Shown here piece after piece: positions 56,760 through 64,000 of a stretch of DNA of 64,000 nucleotides. How positions within the stretch are numbered: the stretch's first letter is position 1; the number at the start of each line of letters is the position of its first letter. Below the pieces are notes generated by a model. The model was not told the DNA's origin. It saw nothing but the letters and a program-made list of their open reading frames with translations, and did not search any database. The translations under genes were made by a program, and so were the position numbers. The DNA comes from Candidatus Omnitrophota bacterium (GTDB lineage: Bacteria > Omnitrophota > Gorgyraeia > Gygaellales > Profunditerraquicolaceae): assembly GCA_030650425.1 (NCBI GenBank), contig JAUSED010000010.1, positions 10,104-74,103 on the forward strand. Direction: 5' to 3'.

Positions 56760-57014
56760 CTAATATCTGAAATGCACAAATATCCTGCCGAAATTTTTAT
56801 CGTCTTTTTCAATGCGGCGGTAAAGCCTTTTTATCTGCGGCTGTTCCAAGAAACGCAATACACTCTTCTTCAGCTGTCCGCTCCCCTTGCCCGGAATGAT
56901 TTCCACCAGCTCTATCTTTTTACTTACCGCCTCCTGAATTACACGATTGAGTTCCACTTCAATTGCCCGGCCATTGCTGAAGATATCATGTAAGTCTAAT
57001 TTAATTTTAGCCAT
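56760..57014 (-). CDS. Smr-domain protein
   Basis: MAKIKLDLHDI...IEVELNRVIQEAVSKKIELVEIIPGKGSGQLKKSVLRFL (LDLHG/IIHGKG-type Smr motifs). Confidence 0.65.
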   Translation of the reverse strand: MAKIKLDLHDIFSNGRAIEVELNRVIQEAVSKKIELVEIIPGKGSGQLKKSVLRFLEQPQIKRLYRRIEKDDKNFGRIFVHFRY

Positions 57015-57189
57015 AAAGTTATTATAACTCCCTAAACCAAAAATCCCAAGCCATTTTAAAGGCTCGCTTAATTCAGCAGGGCCTGCCACGGCGCCACCTT
57101 ACTTGTTCTCGCCTATTCGGCTCGAAAAGTAAGGGATCCGTCACCGTGTCACCCGCGCGAAGCTCCCTCCGCTCGCCTCTCCCTGCGCT

Positions 57190-57235
57190 ATCCGCCAAAA
57201 ATCCCAAGCTTTTTTCGAGCTTGGGATTAATTAAC
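57190..57235 (-). terminator. Hairpin AATCCCAAGCT-cgaaaaa-AGCTTGGGATT plus TTTT, downstream of 57314..57712
   Basis: Perfect 11-bp stem. Adjacent GGGGGACACAATAGTTAATTA motif. Confidence 0.55.
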
Positions 57236-57247
57236 TATTGTGTCCCC

Positions 57248-57295
57248 CGGAACTACGCCCGGAACTACCCGGAACTATTCCCCGGAACTATTCTA
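57248..57295. repeat. Short tandem repeat (CCGGAACTA-like unit, ~4 copies)
   Basis: cccggaactacgcccggaactacccggaactattccccggaactattc. Confidence 0.6.
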
Positions 57296-57313
57296 ATTTT
57301 CTCTAATTTTATA

Positions 57314-57712
57314 TTATTCATTTTCACACCTCTCCATCATCTTATTATCAATCAATATGTTGGCAATCTTTTCTTTGGAGATTTGATATTTATTGCTAAC
57401 TGTTTCTATAGCCGTTTGAATATTCATAATCTGCAACTTTGTTGTGGCTGTTTGTTCTTTATCAACGTTCTTTGAAATATTCGTCTTCGCTTTTGTTAAA
57501 CTAAAGCCCTTAGTTAATTCTTCATAGTCACTAATAACTCCCACTAAGGTATTACTGTCAACACCATATTTAATAGCCAATAATTCCGTGTCCTCATTAA
57601 GCATATTCTCTATCTCAAGATTTTCTTCTACTGCTCCTGTCTGAGTCTGAACTGATTTTTGCTCACACCCAATAACAAACAAACATAATAATAAAACTAA
57701 CAGTTTTTTCAT
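57314..57712 (-). CDS. Hypothetical lipoprotein
   Basis: MKKLLVLLLCLFVIGCEQ has a signal peptide with lipobox. Confidence 0.5.
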   Translation of the reverse strand: MKKLLVLLLCLFVIGCEQKSVQTQTGAVEENLEIENMLNEDTELLAIKYGVDSNTLVGVISDYEELTKGFSLTKAKTNISKNVDKEQTATTKLQIMNIQTAIETVSNKYQISKEKIANILIDNKMMERCENE

Positions 57713-57896
57713 TTATCCCCCTACTTTAATATTATTGGATTCTGTAAACGCAACACTCAATTGTATCTAACGAAGAATTAAATTCTGCGTCTCCAGGACT
57801 TACTTGATTTCTCAAGCCCTTTTCAAGCTTGGGAATAATTAATTACTGTGCCCCCGAAATTACCGACTTCTTATTTATTTACAGGCTTTCTACTTT

Positions 57897-58250
57897 TTAG
57901 TATGCGCTCCCACTGTTTCTGTTATGATCTCTTATTTCTTCTAGATTTCTAGCTTCTTCTTCCTTTGTTTCTGTTCTAATATAAACTCCAAACTTTATGC
58001 GACTAACAGTAGAGTTCTTTATTTCTTTAGCGATATCTCCTCCTGCTTCTGCGAATTGCAGTACTCGAATACCCGCTTTTCCCGACTTCGTATCAATATC
58101 TTCAACCGTAACTGCTATATCAAACTCTACTGTTTTGTTTTCTTTATCATAAAGTTTCATGTCGCGCACAGAATTATTACGCGCATCTTCTACTCCTTGG
58201 ACTAAATCGGTTAAGACTTTTTTTACAAACTCCTTTAGTTCCATATTCAC
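57897..58250 (-). CDS. Hypothetical small soluble protein
   Basis: 117 aa. No family recognised. Confidence 0.35.
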   Translation of the reverse strand: MNMELKEFVKKVLTDLVQGVEDARNNSVRDMKLYDKENKTVEFDIAVTVEDIDTKSGKAGIRVLQFAEAGGDIAKEIKNSTVSRIKFGVYIRTETKEEEARNLEEIRDHNRNSGSAY

Positions 58251-58283
58251 TCCTTCTATTTTTCAAAAATCAGAACCCCCATT

Positions 58284-58664
58284 TTATTTTGAATTAGGAA
58301 AATATTCTTTATGTTTCCTACCTATTACATTAATAATCTTGTTGTTTATTGGGTCATCTATGTCTTTTAAACCATTTACTCCTCTCCAAGAGTAAACTTT
58401 CCCTGTTGCAGTATCAAAAATATCATAATTAGGATATTCATAATTAACCATAACATATCGACCTATTGACGGCTTAATAAGACTACCAATCAATACAAGA
58501 AACCCACTAATTAAACCAATGATAGCAACTCTTACAGGTAATGAAATCGATAACCATATATCCTTAGCCTTTTTTATACTATTTCCTTTCAGTACAAGAC
58601 TACCCCAAACAAACAATAAGGACGGTTCTATCTTTCTAGAAACCTTCCCTCGAATTGCGACCAT
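58284..58664 (-). CDS. Hypothetical two-TM membrane protein
   Basis: TM segments LLFVWGSLVL and VRVAIIGLISGFLVLIGSLI. Confidence 0.35.
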   Translation of the reverse strand: MVAIRGKVSRKIEPSLLFVWGSLVLKGNSIKKAKDIWLSISLPVRVAIIGLISGFLVLIGSLIKPSIGRYVMVNYEYPNYDIFDTATGKVYSWRGVNGLKDIDDPINNKIINVIGRKHKEYFPNSK

Positions 58665-58805
58665 GGCGCAACAATAACCTGATTATTGACTATATTTTAC
58701 CCCTCCCAATATGCTTGTCAATCCAAAATTCCCAAATACTTGCAAGCCTGGAATTCTAAAGGTATTCCTTTAGGGACGTTTCTAGTCTTCTCCAACCCTA
58801 ATAAA

Positions 58806-59210
58806 TTATTTCTGAGCCTGCGGTCCCAATAATTTAATCTTCAAATTGTGACTCTGCTTTAACTCCCCGTTTACTCTAACTTCAATACTATAATCACCGG
58901 CTAAGTCGAATTTCAAATTAACCAATTGAATAGGCAAAGGAATGTACTGCTCCTCTGCGTGATCCTTCGACACATCGAGGTCGGCTTCCGCTTTAAATAT
59001 CGTGCCTTTCTCACCAATTAATCGAATATCAACCCTATTTTTACCTATATCTTGCCTTGTTACCTTTAATCTTACTAGTATAAATATTAAAGGGTGAACA
59101 CAAGGTAATTTACGCGCCGTAATTTCTGCAATACCCGCACCTACTAACGTAAATTTACCACCTTCATTCGCTGCTGCATAATCAGCTAAAATTAAATCAG
59201 TTACTTCCAT
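58806..59210 (-). CDS. Hypothetical protein, 134 aa
   Basis: No family recognised. Sits in an island with the TA and excisionase-like genes. Confidence 0.35.
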   Translation of the reverse strand: MEVTDLILADYAAANEGGKFTLVGAGIAEITARKLPCVHPLIFILVRLKVTRQDIGKNRVDIRLIGEKGTIFKAEADLDVSKDHAEEQYIPLPIQLVNLKFDLAGDYSIEVRVNGELKQSHNLKIKLLGPQAQK

Positions 59211-59267
59211 TCTGCTACCTCCTCTTTATTTATAGTTGCTATATCGCAACTATTTACACAAAAAAAA

Positions 59268-59546
59268 TCACCTAATTTGTAGATAACGGACTAACTCTTC
59301 TCGCGATATAGTATATTGCTCACCCAACATTTTTGCACTCAACCTCCTTTCGCTGATCATTTTCCTTACTGCTTGTTGAGTTATGCCTGCCTCCTTAGCA
59401 AACTGAGTGACGGATAAAAAACTAGGCATATCACCTAGCTTAATTTCTAAGCGTAATAACGGTCGTAACCCTTCACTATGGCTTCCAAGCCGTATAACAG
59501 AAAAAGGTTCGTTTGCTGTAGCTTTAAAGTTCTTAATTTCAACCAT
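59268..59546 (-). CDS. Excisionase/MerR-like HTH DNA-binding protein
   Basis: Start taken at MVEIKNF. C-terminal LSVTQFAKEAGITQQAVRKMISERRLSAKMLGEQYTISREEL is an HTH_17-like helix-turn-helix. Upstream promoter TTGCTA-n17-TATGCT. Confidence 0.55.
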   Translation of the reverse strand: MVEIKNFKATANEPFSVIRLGSHSEGLRPLLRLEIKLGDMPSFLSVTQFAKEAGITQQAVRKMISERRLSAKMLGEQYTISREELVRYLQIR

Positions 59547-59599
59547 AGAAAAAGCATAACATATAAGTTGCGATTTAGCAACAAATATTTTTATCAAAT

Positions 59600-59900
59600 G
59601 CCTTGCGATTTTTTGACTAATATTTATTAGCGGGTGGCGAGGCCCGCTTTGAGCAGGGCGTAACGCAGGCGGAGCGGGCAAGGATCGTCTGCTATCTAAT
59701 ACTAGTGAGAGCGGAGCCGAGTAGCCGAGCGTGACTTTTCACGCCGGGAAAAATCGCGCGTCCCTGCGAGAAGTGGGCCTCGACAGGCCCCGCTAACCGG
59801 CTATGAGCGAGAAAATTGACAGAAAATCCGTTGCTGGCCCCGCTGATTAGAGCGAGCAACTCGGCAACAAAAAAGGCGCTGATTTCTCCAGCGCCTTTCC
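59600..59900. other. GC-rich structured island (candidate ncRNA or integration-site remnant) within AT-rich DNA
   Basis: Several GC hairpins: GCGGG-tggcgag-GCCCGC, GGGGCCTGTCGAGGCCC, CCGGCGTGAAAAGTCACGCTCGG. The only ORF (59692..59937) looks non-coding. Confidence 0.4.
59866..59893 (-). terminator. Terminator GGCGCTGGAGAAATCAGCGCC plus TTTTTTGTT (minus sense)
   Basis: Perfect 8-bp GC-rich stem followed by a T6 run on the minus strand. Confidence 0.65.
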
Positions 59901-60027
59901 TCGTAGCATAAATGTTCCTTTCCGACATTTTAAGCATATCTTACTATAATCTCTCTGTCAAGAAAAACGAGGTGACACTCCAAGAAGTGTGGCGGGACAA
60001 CCTACAGGCAGGGACTCCGAGGTGGCG

Positions 60028-60276
60028 CTAAATTTTGCTTACTTTCAATAAAGTAAGCCTTTTTCGTTTCTTTAGCTTTTTGTGAAGAGCAATTATATCG
60101 TTCTGGACTAATTGGGCATTCGCCATTCTTACATTTGGCGGCAAATTTGGATTACCCTCGTAAATTGCTTTAATGTCGTGCAACTGCCTTGACCGAAGCC
60201 ATAACGGATCAATTGGCTGCTGTTTAATCCGTTTCAACAGTTTCTGAAACTTTTTATTCATCTTACGCCTCTGCAA
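60028..60276 (-). CDS. Hypothetical basic small protein
   Basis: 82 aa, K/R-rich. Overlaps the brnA stop by 14 nt. Confidence 0.35.
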   Translation of the reverse strand: MQRRKMNKKFQKLLKRIKQQPIDPLWLRSRQLHDIKAIYEGNPNLPPNVRMANAQLVQNDIIALHKKLKKRKRLTLLKVSKI

Positions 60277-60514
60277 CTTTATGCAGAACCTCCGAAATAA
60301 AAGTCTGATATTTAACGCCTAGTTTGTGCGCCTTTTGCTTAATATTCTCTAAGTCGTAACTGTTAACACGAATATTCAAGACGGCATCTTTTTTTCTCGC
60401 CTCAAGCGCGGCTGCTATTTCAGCAAACCTTTCTCTGCTTACACTAACATATTCCCCTCTTAGTAATGCATCCTCAATAGACTTTTCTTGCTTAGTCAGC
60501 TTGATTTTCCTCAT
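60263..60514 (-). CDS. brnA: BrnA-family antitoxin
   Basis: C-terminal LNIRVNSYDLENIKQKAHKLGVKYQTFISEVLHKV matches the BrnA/CopG-like RHH antitoxin pattern. Overlaps the brnT stop. Confidence 0.65.
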   Translation of the reverse strand: MRKIKLTKQEKSIEDALLRGEYVSVSRERFAEIAAALEARKKDAVLNIRVNSYDLENIKQKAHKLGVKYQTFISEVLHKVAEA

Positions 60515-60770
60515 TAGATCTCTCCTTCTTATAAAGTTTTGTGTATTTACGACTTTGATATAAGGTCTTCAGAAATAAGTACGTCTCCGCTTCAACACAG
60601 GGAACTAACCAAATATAGTTTCTGTATTCAAAAAGCAACATTTGTTGATTTTGCCTGTGCGGGTTATCTTTAACATCTATAATCTTTGCGGTAACAATTT
60701 CTTCAAACGAAACACCTCTTGTACGCTTCAATCTTTTGCTTTTCAGCGGGTTCCATCTAAATTCCTTCAT
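60492..60770 (-). CDS. brnT: BrnT-family ribonuclease toxin (DUF497)
   Basis: MKEFRWNPLKSKRLKRTRGVSFEEIV...LVPCVEAE matches the DUF497/BrnT N-terminal signature. Confidence 0.65.
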   Translation of the reverse strand: MKEFRWNPLKSKRLKRTRGVSFEEIVTAKIIDVKDNPHRQNQQMLLFEYRNYIWLVPCVEAETYLFLKTLYQSRKYTKLYKKERSNEENQAD

Positions 60771-60788
60771 CGACGCTTCACGCAATGG

Positions 60789-60828
60789 ATTGTATATACA
60801 ATTGTATCACACTTATGACCTTTGTCAA
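60789..60828 (-). promoter_or_regulatory. Sigma70-like promoter (TTGACA-n16-TACAAT) with overlapping perfect palindrome ATTGTATATACAAT (likely BrnA operator)
   Basis: Minus sense: TTGACAAAGGTCATAAGTGTGATACAATTGTATATACAAT directly upstream of brnT. Confidence 0.55.
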
Positions 60829-60904
60829 GTTTTTGTCTCCCTTGCGTGCCTCCTCTCTACTCTAATAGACGCAGGAAGAGGCAAAATCTAACAAATAAAA
60901 AAGC

Positions 60905-60940
60905 CAGTGAAATTGATCACTGGCTTTTCAATTAATACAG
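60905..60940 (-). terminator. Terminator AAAAGCCAGTGATCAATTTCACTGGCTTTTTTATTTG downstream of 60949..61500
   Basis: Stem GCCAGTGA/TCACTGGC plus a T-run on the minus strand. Confidence 0.7.
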
Positions 60941-60948
60941 GATCGGGA

Positions 60949-61500
60949 TCAGCGCTGCACTATAAACAAAGTTGCTTCGGAGCTTGCGGAGTATGTATTA
61001 CCGGCTAGGCCTTGCGGACAACTTACCTGCAACATATATGTGCCGGGCAAAATATAGCCCTTGTAAGAATTATACTTGCTGATATTCGCAGGAAGCGTGC
61101 CATAAGCAAGTACCTTCTCGCTATGAGGTTGTATCTCCAATGTTTGGTACCCTGGCCAACATTTTCCTCCATAGCAGATATCCTGACCGTAAGTAGCGCT
61201 TAAGTAGCCCTCGGCTACAAAAGGCAGATATGTCTGCGGGTCCACTGATGTTAGACGGGAAACCTTCGCGAGCGTAAAATAGTAGCTTTTCTGCAGTTGG
61301 ATTGTCTGGATTCTATCCGACATATTCGTGACTCTAAGCTCCACTGTCACTGGTTCAAAAGAGGCCGACATGTAGCTGGCCCTGGACCTGGCTACCGAAG
61401 GGTTCAAAGTAACGGTAAATACGACATCATCTGCCAAGGCAATGTTAGTAAAAACAAGGCAAGCTAAAGATAATAAGAAAACTGCGATCTTTTTATTCAT
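60949..61500 (-). CDS. Secreted hypothetical protein (beta-rich, Cys-containing)
   Basis: Signal peptide MNKKIAVFLLSLACLVFTNIALA. Confidence 0.45.
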   Translation of the reverse strand: MNKKIAVFLLSLACLVFTNIALADDVVFTVTLNPSVARSRASYMSASFEPVTVELRVTNMSDRIQTIQLQKSYYFTLAKVSRLTSVDPQTYLPFVAEGYLSATYGQDICYGGKCWPGYQTLEIQPHSEKVLAYGTLPANISKYNSYKGYILPGTYMLQVSCPQGLAGNTYSASSEATLFIVQR

Positions 61501-61544
61501 TAGGCCCTCTCTTTCTTGGTTGGTTAATTTGTGACTTGTTTATA

Positions 61545-61590
61545 AAAAACAAAACCGAATTGACCAATTTCTTCAATTCGGTCTTGAAGT
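61545..61590 (-). terminator. Hairpin ACCGAATTG...CAATTCGGT plus TTTGTTTTTT (minus sense)
   Basis: Second terminator after the rRNA operon. Confidence 0.5.
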
Positions 61591-61805
61591 CAACCGGCGA
61601 TATTTTGATTACCTCCATAATCAAAATACGTGTAATAGCCCCATAAATTATTACGTTTAAGTATACACTTATTCTTTAATAAATTCAAGGCATCCGGCTA
61701 CATTTTTGCAAGCGCTTTCAAGCGGCTTGTTCGGAATGACACCGCACTCAAACCTGTATCCGACGCTTAAGATGGATTCATTTGTATCGTGCGGTGTTAA
61801 AATAA

Positions 61806-61848
61806 AAAAGCGTCTACAGCTATAAAGCCATAGACGCTTTTTTATTTT
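61806..61848 (-). terminator. rRNA operon terminator AAAAAAGCGTCTATGGCTTTATAGCTGTAGACGCTTTTTTATTTT
   Basis: Strong hairpin plus U-run immediately 3' of 5S. Confidence 0.75.
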
Positions 61849-61850
61849 AA

Positions 61851-61964
61851 GGAGCACCGACCTACTCTCACATATCCTTACGAATACACTACCATCGGCC
61901 CTGAGGGGCTTAACTTCCGTATTCGGAATGGGAACGGGTGTTTCCCCCTCGGTAAAGGCACTCC
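61851..61964 (-). rRNA. rrf: 5S ribosomal RNA
   Basis: Minus sense: ...CCCGTTCCCATTCCGAATACGGAAGTTAAGCCCCTCAGGGCCGATGGTAGTG...GAGAGTAGGTCGGTGCTCC matches 5S helix IV/V consensus. Confidence 0.85.
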
Positions 61965-62474
61965 AAAATTTTTGTGCAACAAAAATTTTGGTACTTGGCG
62001 ATACCAAAAATCTTTTACCTAGGTTTGAGCCAAGTACCTCCATCACAAATAACCTCAACAACCACATAACCTCGTATGGTAAAAACTACTCTCAATAAAC
62101 CTTTGAGAATTGATTTTCCTCCACCTCCAGCTCTTTTGCAAGAAGGAGGCTCGGGATAATCTTCTTCGCTTTGCAGCGAAAAAAATTAAAGGCCAAGCCA
62201 ATCGGCTGATTAGTACGCATTAGCTCAAATCCTTACGGACCTTACACATTGCGCCTATCGAGGTCGTAGTCTACGACCAGCCTAATGGGGATACTTATTC
62301 TTGAGGGGGGCTTAGCACTTAGATGCTTTCAGCGCTTATCCCTTCCGAACATAGCTACCCGGCCTTTGCCCTTGGCAGGACAACCGGAACACCAGAGGTT
62401 CGTTTCTCTAGGTCCTCTCGTACTGAAGAGAACTCCTCTTCAAGTATCCTACGCCCACATCAGATAGAGACCGA

Positions 62475-63214
62475 CAATTTTTGTTACATTCGCAAAATTA
62501 TTGCGAAGGATCAATCATTTCTGCTGATCTCTGCATATCGCTATGCAGTTCGGACTGTATCATATCCGCCTGTCATGCGGATTCTGGCGTACAGTCTCTG
62601 AAGATTCCAAGTGAGAAATTATATCTTCCAGTTTTTGCTTGCGATATTTACCGCTAAAATTCATTGAATAAGCGATTGTTAATATCGTAATCAACCCATT
62701 CTTTTTTAAATGCCCTCCTTCTTTCATTAAACTAACGACTCGAGCAAATTTCTCAAAATCCTTTTGTTTGATTGAAATAAGAGGAGATTTTTTGAAGAAT
62801 GGTATGACTTTATTACGGAGATCATCGATATTTCGCACCACATAAACTGAAGTTTGATCCTTTAGATTTTGATAATCATTAGGTTTAATATACCCACAAC
62901 CTAATTTTTTCTTAATCACTTCAAGGACTTCAGTCCTGTCCTGGTGCTGTGAAACATGAAATTCCGGGATTACCTGAATCCCTAGTTTCACATTGCCGCT
63001 TTTTTGAATTGTTACTGAAAAGCAGCCTTCTCCATCAACAAAACCTGAGATATATGATGTTATCCCACCTGGCCTTTCCTGCTGATTGTCTGCACCCATA
63101 TATTTTCACTCCCGACGATATATTATCATATAGAGACTAAATCGTCAAGTAGTAATATGGGATTCTCAGAGTTTCCAGCAATTAGCCAGATTTAAAGACA
63201 GCAACGGTCATTTT
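62475..63214 (-). mobile_element. Group I-type intron in 23S at the I-CreI homing site (E. coli ~2593; GTGAGACAGT^TCGGTC)
   Basis: Exon sequence is contiguous with the E. coli 23S consensus once 62475-63214 is removed. Contains a LAGLIDADG ORF. Confidence 0.7.
62560..63099 (-). CDS. LAGLIDADG homing endonuclease (I-CreI-like), intron-encoded
   Basis: GFVDGEGCF motif. 179 aa. Confidence 0.8.
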   Translation of the reverse strand: MGADNQQERPGGITSYISGFVDGEGCFSVTIQKSGNVKLGIQVIPEFHVSQHQDRTEVLEVIKKKLGCGYIKPNDYQNLKDQTSVYVVRNIDDLRNKVIPFFKKSPLISIKQKDFEKFARVVSLMKEGGHLKKNGLITILTIAYSMNFSGKYRKQKLEDIISHLESSETVRQNPHDRRI

Positions 63215-63250
<36 letters not shown>

Positions 63251-63285
63251 CTTTTAACTGGCGAACAGCCAGACCCTTGGGACCT

Positions 63286-64000
63286 GCTTCAGCCCCAGGA
63301 TAGGATGAGCCGACATCGTACCTTTATCCATAATTACGTATGGTGTAGACTATATCTTTTCCCTACTGTCGGACTTTAGGCTTTCAGCCATATCCTTTAC
63401 TTTTTGATGTAGGGTTCGGCGTGTTATCTAGCTTCTTTTACAAAAGCTAAATCTCCTCTTTCGAGTCAGTCGTTACGGGGTCATAGTCAATTTTATAACG
63501 GAAACATGGCAACAGATGAGGCGCGACTATATTTCGAAATAGTCCTGCGCTTTCCGTTCGTATTCGAATTCTAAAGTATTGTTTATCGCGATTGAGACTG
63601 GACTTAATACCTAAATCTCGATCTAAAATATTCATCAATATCTTCTGGCTTACCAGATCAAACTGCTGAGTATTTAAATAAAATGTATTGCGACTCTTCG
63701 AACCGTCATCCATAAACCAAACAGAAAGCATCAAATTGGTTAGGATGAGATCGGTCGAAACTGCCTTTTTGCCGCTCGAATAATATTTTAAATAATATTC
63801 TGTAAAAAGCGGAAGGCTTTGAGTCGTAAAACGATAAGCAATACGATTGCCATTGCCATGGCGAGATTTTGGCGGAGTTTTGACAAACTCTTCGAAATTT
63901 TTCCACTTCCAATCAACATATTCTCGATATTGGAACGAGTGGTTAACCTCAAGAAGCGCGTTAGTTCTGGTGCCCTGCTTTCGCAATGCGCCATCACCAA
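63286..64000 (-). mobile_element. Second intron in 23S (near E. coli ~2500 region), continues beyond the window
   Basis: The exon resumes at ...TACGATGTCGGCTCATC (63271-63285). Upstream sequence does not match the 23S consensus and encodes a LAGLIDADG_2 ORF. 5' boundary not in window. Confidence 0.55.
63447..63986 (-). CDS. LAGLIDADG_2-family homing endonuclease, intron-encoded
   Basis: LMLSVWFMDDGS motif (WFMDDG signature of the LAGLIDADG_2 family). 179 aa. Confidence 0.7.
   Translation of the reverse strand: MRKQGTRTNALLEVNHSFQYREYVDWKWKNFEEFVKTPPKSRHGNGNRIAYRFTTQSLPLFTEYYLKYYSSGKKAVSTDLILTNLMLSVWFMDDGSKSRNTFYLNTQQFDLVSQKILMNILDRDLGIKSSLNRDKQYFRIRIRTESAGLFRNIVAPHLLPCFRYKIDYDPVTTDSKEEI

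Noticed and set aside
59692-59937. ORF 59692..59937 (-) 81 aa inside the GC-rich island
   Set aside because: No RBS. Composition-driven open frame in GC-rich structured DNA. Its N-terminus spans a terminator hairpin. Treated as non-coding.
61669-62067. ORF 61669..62067 (-) 132 aa
   Set aside because: Overlaps the 5S rRNA gene and the 23S-5S spacer, so it is spurious.

Overview
AT-rich bacterial chromosomal segment, probably from an uncultivated lineage; the giant secreted proteins suggest Omnitrophota or CPR, but that placement is inference. 60 of ~61 genes and the rRNA operon are on the minus strand. Core genes include recG, glgP-like phosphorylase, pgi, dusB, hflKC, an Mla/MCE-type ABC transporter, an Uup-like ABC-F ATPase, cyclophilin and mscS. 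The 3' end of an rRNA operon sits at the window end: a partial 23S with two group I introns, each encoding a LAGLIDADG homing endonuclease, followed by 5S and terminators. Several elements suggest mobile or defence functions: an AbiEi/AbiEii pair at the window start, BrnT/BrnA, two ORF6N genes, a HEPN (Rx4H) protein, and a small island of unknown genes next to an excisionase-like HTH. The most unusual feature is a family of palindromic MITE/RPE-like elements (GGGGACACTTTCC...GGAAAATGTCCCC), a partner family (GAAACAGTTTCC...GGAAACTGTTTC) and a mini-hairpin variant (GGGGACAGTCCCC). They are scattered intergenically and also inserted in-frame inside two giant paralogous secreted proteins of 2416 and 1787 aa. 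The two giants share N- and C-terminal modules and upstream regions. Other candidates are a covarying structured RNA with terminator/antiterminator logic upstream of mscS and hflK, a duplicated promoter-to-terminator small-RNA unit, a conserved motif right after stop codons of secreted-protein genes, and a GC-rich structured island next to the BrnTA and excisionase genes.
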